Assembly: GCA_026387835.1 (NCBI GenBank)
Contig: JAPLKZ010000011.1
Coordinates: forward strand, 54,082-86,081
DNA from: Candidatus Saganbacteria bacterium
Lineage (GTDB): Bacteria; Margulisbacteria; WOR-1; JAKLHX01
Direction: 5' to 3'
DNA: 32,000 nt
Shown here: piece by piece, positions 9,209 to 17,119 of the stretch
Layout: each line of letters begins with the position of its first letter
How positions within the stretch are numbered: the first letter of the stretch is position 1
The notes under the pieces: generated by a model
Seen by the model: the letters and a program-made list of their open reading frames with translations, nothing else
Told to the model about the DNA's origin: nothing
Databases searched by the model: none
Made by a program: the position numbers and the translations under genes

Positions 9209-9250
9209 CGAAAATACTTTCGATAACTAAATAGAAGCGTATTGACGCTT
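9209..9250 (+). other. Two short inverted repeats in the intergenic leader: CGAAA-ATAC-TTTCG (9209-9222) and AAGCGT-ATTG-ACGCTT (9235-9250)
   Basis: Read directly from the sequence; the second overlaps the predicted -35 hexamer. Confidence 0.5.
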
Positions 9251-9270
9251 TATAGATAGGGTGTTATATT
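9242..9270 (+). promoter_or_regulatory. Sigma70-type promoter for the CBM / surface-protein operon
   Basis: TTGACG (9242-9247), 17-nt spacer, TATATT (9265-9270), followed by the purine-rich RBS GAAGGGGGTG before the ATG at 9296. Confidence 0.65.
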
Positions 9271-9295
9271 TTTCTAAAAAGAAGGGGGTGAACAA

Positions 9296-9967
9296 ATGAA
9301 AAAGAGAGTGATGGCGATGATACTGGCAGCAAGTCTTATTGCGGTTTCCGTCTCGGCTGCGGTTGCGTTGAGTTCAAAGCTGATCGACAACTTTGAGAGC
9401 AATATCGACTTGAAAAGCCCTGAGTGGTGGCACTTCGGCTATGTTACCGTGTCCGTCGAAAAGAACCCCGCTTTCAGGCCAGGGGACAAAGTGGCCAAAA
9501 GCTGCGGCAAGTATTCAATGGTCATAAAAGGAAGCGCGAACGACTGGTACTGCGGCGGCGTCGGCTCCTATATCGGTGTTGATGCGTCAGGCTACTCCGG
9601 GATGGAAATGTGCGTGTACGGGTACGGTCCGGGTAGCGGGAAACTGAAAATCGAGCTTTATGACGATGACAAGGGAAGCTGGCAGACGCAGTACGACAGG
9701 GACTGGATCCCCTTAAAGGATGATATTTGGAAATTCGAGCAGGACGTCGACTGGAGAGGATGGAAAAAGATCTATATACCATTCTCCAGTTTTGTTGTGT
9801 CAAATCCAAAAAGAGGAGATGGAATACTCAATCTTGACCAGAACAAAGGCTCAGGCGGACTTCTGCAGGTGCAGTTCATCCTGATAGCCAGTTCAAAAGA
9901 CGGAGAGGCAAATATTAGAATGGATAATGTATCGCTTGTAACAAGGAGCGAGGAATCAGAGGAATGA
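9296..9967 (+). CDS. Secreted carbohydrate-binding-module-like jelly-roll protein (CBM11 / CIA30-like)
   Basis: Signal peptide MKKRVMAMILAASLIAVSVSAAVA; KLIDNFESNIDLKSPEWWHFG, MVIKGSANDWYCGGVGSYIGVDASGYSGMEMCVYGYG, WRGWKKIYIPFSSF and IRMDNVSLV are typical of this fold. Confidence 0.6.
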   Translation: MKKRVMAMILAASLIAVSVSAAVALSSKLIDNFESNIDLKSPEWWHFGYVTVSVEKNPAFRPGDKVAKSCGKYSMVIKGSANDWYCGGVGSYIGVDASGYSGMEMCVYGYGPGSGKLKIELYDDDKGSWQTQYDRDWIPLKDDIWKFEQDVDWRGWKKIYIPFSSFVVSNPKRGDGILNLDQNKGSGGLLQVQFILIASSKDGEANIRMDNVSLVTRSEESEE

Positions 9968-10545
9968 GGATATCGACCAAGGTACGAAAAGTCTTTATTT
10001 TTTCCCTGCTGTGCGCAGCGGCAATGACAGTCGCCTGTCAGGCGGCCACGGTCACGCTGGGCGGAAATGTAAGCGTTAAAGTATCCGGCGTTTTTACGCT
10101 GTCGATAGACACGTCTTCAGTAGATTTTGGATCTTCAAGGCCGGGAGACTGGAAAGAGGTCCCTTCAACATCTGGATACGCGGATGCCGTTGTGTGCAAA
10201 TCAAATACCGGAAGCGCCTGGTATTTAAAAATAAAGGCAAGCGGACCTCTTTCCTCCGGTTCAAATTCAATACCCCTGGCAAATTTCGGCTGGATGTCCT
10301 CTTATGCGGGCAGCAAGAACACCCCGTATAATAATTTGAGCTCCGGTCTGACGCACCAGCCGGCAGAGGGATATCAGGCTTTTACAGGTTCGGACCAGGG
10401 AGTCTACACATCGGGCCCGGCAGATAACAACAGCATGCCTAACGGAACGGAGGTACAGTTCAAATACAGCGTACAAGTACCGGATAACCCGTCGCAGCTG
10501 GCAGGCACGTACACTACGACCGTGACGTATACGATGACGGAATAG
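9964..10545 (+). CDS. Small secreted beta-sandwich protein, copy 1 (WxL/pilin-like family)
   Basis: Signal peptide; SIDTSSVDFGSSRPGDWKEV...GSAWYLKIKA...GTEVQFKYSVQVPDNPSQLAGTYTTTVTYTMTE. ATGA overlap with the upstream stop. Paralogous to the next two genes. Confidence 0.75.
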   Translation: MRISTKVRKVFIFSLLCAAAMTVACQAATVTLGGNVSVKVSGVFTLSIDTSSVDFGSSRPGDWKEVPSTSGYADAVVCKSNTGSAWYLKIKASGPLSSGSNSIPLANFGWMSSYAGSKNTPYNNLSSGLTHQPAEGYQAFTGSDQGVYTSGPADNNSMPNGTEVQFKYSVQVPDNPSQLAGTYTTTVTYTMTE

Positions 10546-10546
10546 C

Positions 10547-10622
10547 AGTAAGCAGTAAGCTGTAAGCGGTAAGCTTAAAGAAAAAAACTTTGGCTTAAAG
10601 CTTAAAACTTAAGTCTTAAAGC
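10547..10622 (+). repeat. Two short 7-nt tandem arrays: (A/A/T/G)GTAAGC x4 at 10547-10574 and TTAA(AGC/AAC/GTC/AGC) x4 at 10595-10622
   Basis: Direct reading: agtaagc agtaagc tgtaagc ggtaagc ... ttaaagc ttaaaac ttaagtc ttaaagc. Confidence 0.8.
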
Positions 10623-10647
10623 TATAAATAATAGGAGGGAAATAAAG

Positions 10648-11163
10648 ATGAAAAAATTATTGTGTCTGATCGCGGTCGCGGTGATCCTGACAGGAGGTAT
10701 AAGCTTTGCGCTTTCTTCAACCCAGCAGTCGACCTTCACGGTGACTGTCAGCTCGATATTCGAGCTGAGCATAGACCAGGGAATGATCGATTTTGGGAGG
10801 ATGAAGCCAGGAGAGGTGAAATGGAACATCCCTCCTTCCGGGGTGACCGTCACGGCTAAGACGAACAGCGGAAAATCATGGTTTCTCAAAGTATCTGCGA
10901 GCAATCCTTTTTCTTACGGTTCGTACATGATCCCGTATTCAAAGTTTGTCTGGACAGGCTGGACCGACGGGGCGGGAAGATGGTACGGGACCGGAAACAA
11001 TATCATGACACCGACGCCGTCGCTGGTATATGCGAGCGCTCTAGGCGAAGAAAATAACCTGCCCAGCGGCACGAACAATCATTTCAAGTTCAAATTGTCT
11101 GTGCCCGAAAACCAGTCTCCGGGCGTTTACACGACGACGGTAAAGTTCACGATGACGGAATGA
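10648..11163 (+). CDS. Small secreted beta-sandwich protein, copy 2
   Basis: Signal peptide; SIDQGMIDFGRMKPGEVKWNIPPSG...GKSWFLKVSA...PSGTNNHFKFKLSVPENQSPGVYTTTVKFTMTE. RBS AGGAGG-like upstream. Confidence 0.75.
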   Translation: MKKLLCLIAVAVILTGGISFALSSTQQSTFTVTVSSIFELSIDQGMIDFGRMKPGEVKWNIPPSGVTVTAKTNSGKSWFLKVSASNPFSYGSYMIPYSKFVWTGWTDGAGRWYGTGNNIMTPTPSLVYASALGEENNLPSGTNNHFKFKLSVPENQSPGVYTTTVKFTMTE

Positions 11164-11194
11164 TCAACTGATGATGTGCGTTGGTTGGAATAAT

Positions 11195-11761
11195 ATGATG
11201 AAAAAATTAATATTAATAGGTTTTTTGATAACTATACTTAGCGGGGCTTCAAATGCCCTGACTATGACATTGAGCGACAATACTCTTGATTTTGGGACGA
11301 TGACGCTCGGCGAGTGGAAAGAGATATCGGCGGGAGGGGGTTTTCACAACAGGCTTTCGGTGGTCTCGGACAACGGGAACGTGTGGAGGGTCTATATCAA
11401 GGCTGACCAGGAACTAATAAATACAACCATGCCCACCGTGACTATACCTAATTCAGCTTTCAAGTGGATGTCCACGTATGCGGGAAATCAAAATGCAAAC
11501 AATGAAAACTTCAGCGCAGGTCTATATCATCAGGCGGGAGACGGATATGTGCCTTTCACCCTTGTGAACGAGCTGGTCTATACATCAGGAGTAAAAACCG
11601 TATTTGATCCCGCCGACCCTTCAAAAACAACATATGTTGTAAATGATAACAATAATCTTCCGTTCGGCACAGAGATCCAGTTTAAATACGGCATCGGTAT
11701 GCCGGACAACCAGACGGCAGGCACGTATACGACGACGGTAACAATTACGGTAACACAGTAG
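11195..11761 (+). CDS. Small secreted beta-sandwich protein, copy 3
   Basis: Likely start MMKKLILIGFLITILSGASNA (ORF opens at 11171). TLDFGTMTLGEWKEISAGGG...GNVWRVYIKA...PFGTEIQFKYGIGMPDNQTAGTYTTTVTITVTQ. Confidence 0.72.
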   Translation: MMKKLILIGFLITILSGASNALTMTLSDNTLDFGTMTLGEWKEISAGGGFHNRLSVVSDNGNVWRVYIKADQELINTTMPTVTIPNSAFKWMSTYAGNQNANNENFSAGLYHQAGDGYVPFTLVNELVYTSGVKTVFDPADPSKTTYVVNDNNNLPFGTEIQFKYGIGMPDNQTAGTYTTTVTITVTQ

Positions 11762-11784
11762 GAAGTAAAAAGGAGGATATAGAT

Positions 11785-12585
11785 TTGAAAAAGGTATTTT
11801 TAGCCATCGCAGGTTTAGTATTTCTTGCGCAGATAGCGTCCGCCTTTTCAATTAATGTTGATCCGCCGAGCATCTGGGAAACGATGGGCCCCGGGAGCAG
11901 CAGGTCCGGCAAGATCATGGTGGAGAACAGGGGAAGCGGCGATATCGTGGTGAACGCTTATACGGAAGACTGGGTATTTTTAAAAGACCGGAGCAAGGAA
12001 TTTAAAAAAGCGGGAACGACCCGGTATTCTTGCGCTAACTGGATAGTGCTTTACCCGACAAATTTTATCCTGGGCTCCGGGAAGACACAGGAAGTCAAAT
12101 ACACGATCTCTATGCCGTCAACGGCGCAGGGCGGGTATTACTCCGTGATATTTTTTGAGTCCAGGCTCGACAGCCGGGCATCTACAAAAAGGTCTAACGT
12201 CATCCTTTTGGGAAGGATAGGCTCGATCGTTTACGCGGAAACGCAGGGGGCCTCCAGGAAAGCAGCCGCGATAACAAATCTTTCTTTCAAGAAACTTTCA
12301 GCCAAGAAACCGTATGAAGCTATTTTTACCGTGGCAAATGAAGGCAACTCGGCCGTTTCCCCGGAAGGCAGCATCATAATAACCGACGACAGCGCGAGAC
12401 TGTACGCGAAGATAGACATAAAAAAATTCTATGTGCTCCAGGGCGAAAGGATCCCGGTGAAGGCTTACTGGGCGGGCGCGCTTCCCGAAGGGGAATACAG
12501 CGTGATAGCCACGCTCGATCTAGGGACAAAGACGCCAGTGACCGGTGTCTGCAAGCTCGTTGTCGGAGGCAGCAAAAGAAAGTAA
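11785..12585 (+). CDS. Periplasmic chaperone-like / DUF916-like two-domain Ig-fold protein
   Basis: TTG start after AAGGAGG. Signal peptide then FSINVDPPSIWETMGPGSSRSGKIMVENRGSGDIVVNAYTEDW...VLYPTNFILGSGKTQEVKYTISMPSTAQGGYYSVIFFES, in the style of PapD/DUF916 N-domains; a second Ig-like domain follows and there is no C-terminal TM. Confidence 0.65.
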   Translation: MKKVFLAIAGLVFLAQIASAFSINVDPPSIWETMGPGSSRSGKIMVENRGSGDIVVNAYTEDWVFLKDRSKEFKKAGTTRYSCANWIVLYPTNFILGSGKTQEVKYTISMPSTAQGGYYSVIFFESRLDSRASTKRSNVILLGRIGSIVYAETQGASRKAAAITNLSFKKLSAKKPYEAIFTVANEGNSAVSPEGSIIITDDSARLYAKIDIKKFYVLQGERIPVKAYWAGALPEGEYSVIATLDLGTKTPVTGVCKLVVGGSKRK

Positions 12586-12616
12586 GGCCGATGTAACGTG
12601 ATGGAAGCCCATTATT

Positions 12617-15067
12617 ATGATGAAAAAATATATATTAACTATATTGTTATGCTGTTTATTCCCGGCGGTCCTGCTTGCCCCGTCATTTGCTAAAAGCACA
12701 ACTTATGTTAATCTCTCTCCCGTCGAGGAAAAGACGTTCGTCACGGGAAACCTTTACAAGGTCCTGAGCGCCAATCCCGACATCGCGCAGGCGGTCAAAA
12801 TAAGTTCGACATCTTTCAAAATAATCGGCGGAGGTCCCGGCTCTACTTTTGTATATCTCTTCGGCAGCGACGGTTATGTCAACACTATTAAAGTCGTCGT
12901 GGAGAGAAGGTCCGCCTTAGACAGCGCGGCTGCCATCGAAGGGCAGGGAAGGACTTATTCGCCGTTGAAGTTCAACTATATGTTCATGTCATACGGCGGG
13001 AGCTCCAACTCGCAGTATGCAAATAACAGGTGGGCGTACAACGGTTCAATAAACCAAATAAAGATGGCCGGTGACACCCCGCTCGGGAAAACAGATTCTT
13101 ATATCCAGTACGAAAGCTACAATTTCAAATACGGCGTGACACAGATGTTATTTAACATCAAGGACGACAAAAATTATGTGGCGTTCGGCGATAACACGGC
13201 AAATTTTTCTGATATAACCCTTCCCTACATCCATTATCAGGGATTGTATCTGCAATCCAAACTTTCCGACCTGTTAGAGGTCAAGGTGGCAGGCGGAGCA
13301 AGAGGCAACGGATACTGGGGGAAAGAAGTGAGGAACGACACGAGACCCGTACAGTCATTTTTGGGGGCGGACGTCATGTTGAAGCCGACCGCGAATTTCA
13401 ACGTAAATGTCAACGCTGTCATGTCCACGGCAGAGGCTTCGGCCGCGAGCCCGACGATATTTGGCATCGGCGCGAGATATAATCCGTTCAGCCAGGTGAC
13501 CCTTGCCGGCGAGTACGCAAGCCAGTCGGAGCTGAAAGCGTGGCAGGCAAAGGCGATATATAATTGGTCAAACCTTTATCTAAGCGGCACGTACAGGAAT
13601 GTTCCAGCGAATTTCCAGACTCCGGTGGACACGGTGAGCATGAGGGGGATCGAGGGGCTATTCCTTTCGGGCACTTACAGGCCGCTCTCATTTGTGCGTT
13701 TGAGCGCGGACGGCAGCAGGTATAAAAACTCTTATCTCCAGGATGCCGGCAGCAACACTTATAACAAGGACATGAGAGGCGAGATCGAACTTACTCTGGC
13801 GCCCAACAGCAGGTTTTTGTATTCGCCGTGGATGCAGGACCACAGGGCTTATACCAGCGGCGGTCTGGCAGAGGGCGCCATTTCCCAGCTTTCCCTCGGG
13901 TTTAAGTTCATCGGGTCTGACGTTGTGTACTTTAAATACGAGCCGACAAAATATTCTTTTTCAAGTTCGTCGGAATCTAATTACCAGAACGATAAATCTT
14001 CTGTCGGACTGCAGATGGGCCTGACCGAAACGCTCGGGATGAATTTTGAAAAAGAATGGGATGTTAAGACATACCTGGCGAATTCCTCCGTGGAGAACAA
14101 CGGTTTTTTCAAAATAACGCTGAACTATGATTCAAAGATCGGTAAAACGCCGTTCTACACCGTTGTCAACTCGAACTATTACACCGGGACCGAGAACAAC
14201 GGCAACGTGACCGAGATATGGGCGGATGTCGAACTGGGTTACCAGCCGGATGAAGATACCAAGATCTATATCAGGGGCAAGACAGCCGATTACAGCGGCA
14301 CCGGCTCCAACCTGACCGACAGGAATGAAAAACATATCAATGTCGGGCTAAAGACAGCGTTCCTTTCGGATATCGCGTGGAACGGATACGGGGATATACA
14401 GGGTTGCGTGTTCATCGATTCAAACGGCGACGGCATCAAGAATGACAGCGAGGCGGGACTTGCGGGCGTGAAAGTATCGATCGCCGGCGTGACCGTCATC
14501 ACGAACGGCCAGGGGCTCTATATTATCAAAGCCGTAAGGGCAGGGCAGGCCAGCGTAATGATGGATCAGGCTTCGACCGGACAGGGGTATATTTTAACTT
14601 CTCAAAACCCGCAGGTCTTACAGCTGGCGGCAGGCAGGACGATGAAGGCTGATTTCGGCCTGATATCAAAGTCGTCCGTCACCGGCAGAGCGTTCAAAGA
14701 TATGAATAAGAGCGGAAAGTTTGACGGGAAAGATATCCCGGCCGCCGGCATAGGCATTGTGTTTGACGGCAGCACGTATCCTACAGCTGCCGACGGGACC
14801 TACGTGATATACGATGTCAAAGAAGGCAGGCATTCCTTGAATATAAATATTGATTCCCTGCCGCAGAACTTTGTGCCGGCCGTTCCCGTCAATAATACGG
14901 TCGATGTCAAGAGAGGCGAAACATATAAATTCAATGTCGCCCTCAAAGGCCCGGACATTGCGCAGAAGAAAGCCATTAAAAGTAAAAAACTAAAAAATAT
15001 CCGGCCCAAGGTAAAAAAGGCCAAGCATTCAAAGAAAAAAACAGCATTGGGCCGGCCGGCCCGTTAA
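12617..15067 (+). CDS. Outer-membrane beta-barrel (usher-like architecture) with N-terminal pilus/secretin-type domain and two C-terminal SdrD/CNA-B-like domains
   Basis: Signal peptide; TFVTGNLYKVLSANPDIAQAVKISSTSFKIIGGGPGSTFVYLFGSDGYVNTIKVVVE resembles the T2SS/T3SS pilus N-domain; long alternating amphipathic strands; GCVFIDSNGDGIKNDSEAGLAGVKVSI and GRAFKDMNKSGKFDGKDIPAAGIGI. Confidence 0.6.
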   Translation: MMKKYILTILLCCLFPAVLLAPSFAKSTTYVNLSPVEEKTFVTGNLYKVLSANPDIAQAVKISSTSFKIIGGGPGSTFVYLFGSDGYVNTIKVVVERRSALDSAAAIEGQGRTYSPLKFNYMFMSYGGSSNSQYANNRWAYNGSINQIKMAGDTPLGKTDSYIQYESYNFKYGVTQMLFNIKDDKNYVAFGDNTANFSDITLPYIHYQGLYLQSKLSDLLEVKVAGGARGNGYWGKEVRNDTRPVQSFLGADVMLKPTANFNVNVNAVMSTAEASAASPTIFGIGARYNPFSQVTLAGEYASQSELKAWQAKAIYNWSNLYLSGTYRNVPANFQTPVDTVSMRGIEGLFLSGTYRPLSFVRLSADGSRYKNSYLQDAGSNTYNKDMRGEIELTLAPNSRFLYSPWMQDHRAYTSGGLAEGAISQLSLGFKFIGSDVVYFKYEPTKYSFSSSSESNYQNDKSSVGLQMGLTETLGMNFEKEWDVKTYLANSSVENNGFFKITLNYDSKIGKTPFYTVVNSNYYTGTENNGNVTEIWADVELGYQPDEDTKIYIRGKTADYSGTGSNLTDRNEKHINVGLKTAFLSDIAWNGYGDIQGCVFIDSNGDGIKNDSEAGLAGVKVSIAGVTVITNGQGLYIIKAVRAGQASVMMDQASTGQGYILTSQNPQVLQLAAGRTMKADFGLISKSSVTGRAFKDMNKSGKFDGKDIPAAGIGIVFDGSTYPTAADGTYVIYDVKEGRHSLNINIDSLPQNFVPAVPVNNTVDVKRGETYKFNVALKGPDIAQKKAIKSKKLKNIRPKVKKAKHSKKKTALGRPAR

Positions 15068-15068
15068 T

Positions 15069-15097
15069 TTGTGCCGGCATTGTAATTTTGTTATACT
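15069..15097 (+). promoter_or_regulatory. Possible promoter for the S8 peptidase gene
   Basis: TTGTGC (15069-15074), 17-nt spacer, TATACT (15092-15097), ATG at 15109. Confidence 0.4.
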
Positions 15098-15108
15098 AAA
15101 AAGCAGTT

Positions 15109-17076
15109 ATGAAAAAATTTATAGCTGTCTTTTTTGTTCTCCCCCTTCTCACGGCAAGCCTGTTCGCGGCTCAGGTAGACCCCCAACTTATAGATAGGAT
15201 CAGGACAGCTTCTTCGTCCGAAAAGATCTCGGCGATCGTCTTTATGAAACAGCCGGCGGGTATTTCGATGATGCCGCAGGATGCCGCTTCAAGGGTAATG
15301 CTCCTGAAGAATATCTCAAGGAACTCGCAGAAAGATGTGACCGAGTTCCTCGTCAGGGAAAGAACCGGGAAGCGTGTCAGGGCGTTCAATTCCCTGTGGA
15401 GCATCAATTGCATCGCGGTGTCCGCCGATACAAAGACCATAAAAGAACTTTCGGGTAGAAGCGATATAGAAAAGATCATCCTCAACAGAAAATTTTCCCT
15501 TCCCAAAGAGCCGGTAACGACAGTCCCGCTGGGCACGAGGACTTCTTCCGGGACTATCGAGCCTAATATCAGCCAGATAAGAGCGGATGCGGTATGGACG
15601 ACGTTCGGGAATAAAGGCAATGGCGTGAAGATAGGCATCGCTGATACCGGATGTCTTGTCACGCATCCCGACCTTTCCGCAAGGATATTAAAGTCCGCGA
15701 CATTTGACGATCTCGGGACCAAGACAAGCGATACAGCAAACGATGTGGATGGCCACGGCACGCATGTCGCGGGCATAACGGCAGGCGGGAATGCTTCGGG
15801 CCCGTATATCGGTGTCGCGCCCTCGGCCTCGCTTTTGATAGCCAAAGTATTTGATGATGCGGGCAACGCTTCATACGCCCAGGTGGCGGGAGGGGTGGAG
15901 TGGCTTATTACAAATGAGGCAAAAGTCATAAATCTGTCTCTCGGAGCTTCAAAAGGGGACGCGGATTCATTCTGGAACACTGAGGTAGAAAGATGGAATA
16001 CCCTTCTCGGAGTGATCGTTGTAGGAGCGATAGGAAATTACGGACCGGAAGCAGGAACGACCACAAGCCCGGCAAACTGCCCGAGTGCGTTAAGCGCGGG
16101 AGCGGTAGATCCAAATGACCTGATATGCGATTTCAGCTCGCGCGGTCCGATCATATGGGGCACCACGACATATTCAAAGCCGGATATCAGTGCACCCGGA
16201 AAAGCAATAGTATCTTCGTATAAGGACGGTGCGTATACGGCCATGAGCGGGACTTCGATGGCATCGCCGCACATAGCCGGAGTCGTAGCATTGATGTTGT
16301 CAGCGAACAGCACTCTCAGCCCTTCTTCCGTCAAGAGGATAATTAAAGAAACGGCTTCCCAAAGATCCGATGTCCCGTCATATCCCAATTATGACTACGG
16401 CAGCGGCAGGGCAGACGCTTATGCGGCTGTAGTAGCCGCCATGAAACCGGACACCGATGCGCCGGTTATAACGCATACACCGGTGACAAGTTCGAAGTTC
16501 GGTACCGTGATCACCATAACGGCAAAAGTGACCGACGAGACGACATTGATCCCGACAGCCAACCTGACCTGCAGGAATCTTTACAATGTCTGGACGACAT
16601 CAGCGATGTCCGCGGAGACCGGTTCTTCGGACTATTCTGCAGTTATCCAAGCTTCGGACGTGAAAAGCAATGTTGATTATTATATCTCTGCTTCGGACGC
16701 GGCAGGGAACACATCGACATCTCCTTCCGGAGCCCCGGCATCATACAACACGATCTCGATCGTCTCCCGTGAATCCATGTCTATCTCGGACAGTCAGACG
16801 TGCCCCAACCCCTTCGCTCCGGGATCTTCAAGCATGACCCTTTCGTATTATCTTTCCAAAACGGCCGATGTCACCGTCAGGATATATTCCATGTCCGGGG
16901 AGGTGATGAAAGCATTCAGCCGGACAGGAGTGTTGGGATATAACGGCCTCACCTGGGACGGGATGCTCGAAAACGGCGAGACCGCGGCGAACGGGGTCTA
17001 CCTGTACCAGATAATCGCAAAGGATACTTCCGGAGGATTCAGCACCGCGAAGGGAAAGATTATTGTTTTGAAATAA
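15109..17076 (+). CDS. Secreted subtilisin-like S8 serine peptidase with C-terminal FlgD/T9SS-sorting-like Ig domain
   Basis: Catalytic motifs GVKIGIADTG (Asp), DGHGTHVAGI (His), SGTSMASPHIAG (Ser); signal peptide; C-terminus CPNPFAPGSSSMTLSYYLSKTADVTVRIYSMSGEVMKAF...GLTWDGMLENGETAANGVYLYQIIAKD...KGKIIVLK. Confidence 0.92.
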   Translation: MKKFIAVFFVLPLLTASLFAAQVDPQLIDRIRTASSSEKISAIVFMKQPAGISMMPQDAASRVMLLKNISRNSQKDVTEFLVRERTGKRVRAFNSLWSINCIAVSADTKTIKELSGRSDIEKIILNRKFSLPKEPVTTVPLGTRTSSGTIEPNISQIRADAVWTTFGNKGNGVKIGIADTGCLVTHPDLSARILKSATFDDLGTKTSDTANDVDGHGTHVAGITAGGNASGPYIGVAPSASLLIAKVFDDAGNASYAQVAGGVEWLITNEAKVINLSLGASKGDADSFWNTEVERWNTLLGVIVVGAIGNYGPEAGTTTSPANCPSALSAGAVDPNDLICDFSSRGPIIWGTTTYSKPDISAPGKAIVSSYKDGAYTAMSGTSMASPHIAGVVALMLSANSTLSPSSVKRIIKETASQRSDVPSYPNYDYGSGRADAYAAVVAAMKPDTDAPVITHTPVTSSKFGTVITITAKVTDETTLIPTANLTCRNLYNVWTTSAMSAETGSSDYSAVIQASDVKSNVDYYISASDAAGNTSTSPSGAPASYNTISIVSRESMSISDSQTCPNPFAPGSSSMTLSYYLSKTADVTVRIYSMSGEVMKAFSRTGVLGYNGLTWDGMLENGETAANGVYLYQIIAKDTSGGFSTAKGKIIVLK

Positions 17077-17119
17077 CTCACCCCCTTCCCCTCTCTTGAC
17101 AAGAGAGGCGGGGTGAGTT
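17075..17119. terminator. Bidirectional hairpin terminator between convergent genes
   Basis: AACTCACCCC (17075-17084) pairs with GGGGTGAGTT (17110-17119); inner stem from CCTCTCTTG (17090-17098) and CAAGAGAGG (17100-17108). Lies between convergent stop codons. Confidence 0.8.

Noticed and set aside
9181-9295. c-di-GMP (GEMM) or other known riboswitch in the leader
   Set aside because: Inspected for GCACAGGGCAAACC/GACGCAAAGCC-like conserved elements and found none; the short inverted repeats fit an operator/promoter better.
10547-10622. CRISPR array
   Set aside because: Units are only 7 nt, contiguous and without spacers; there are no cas genes.
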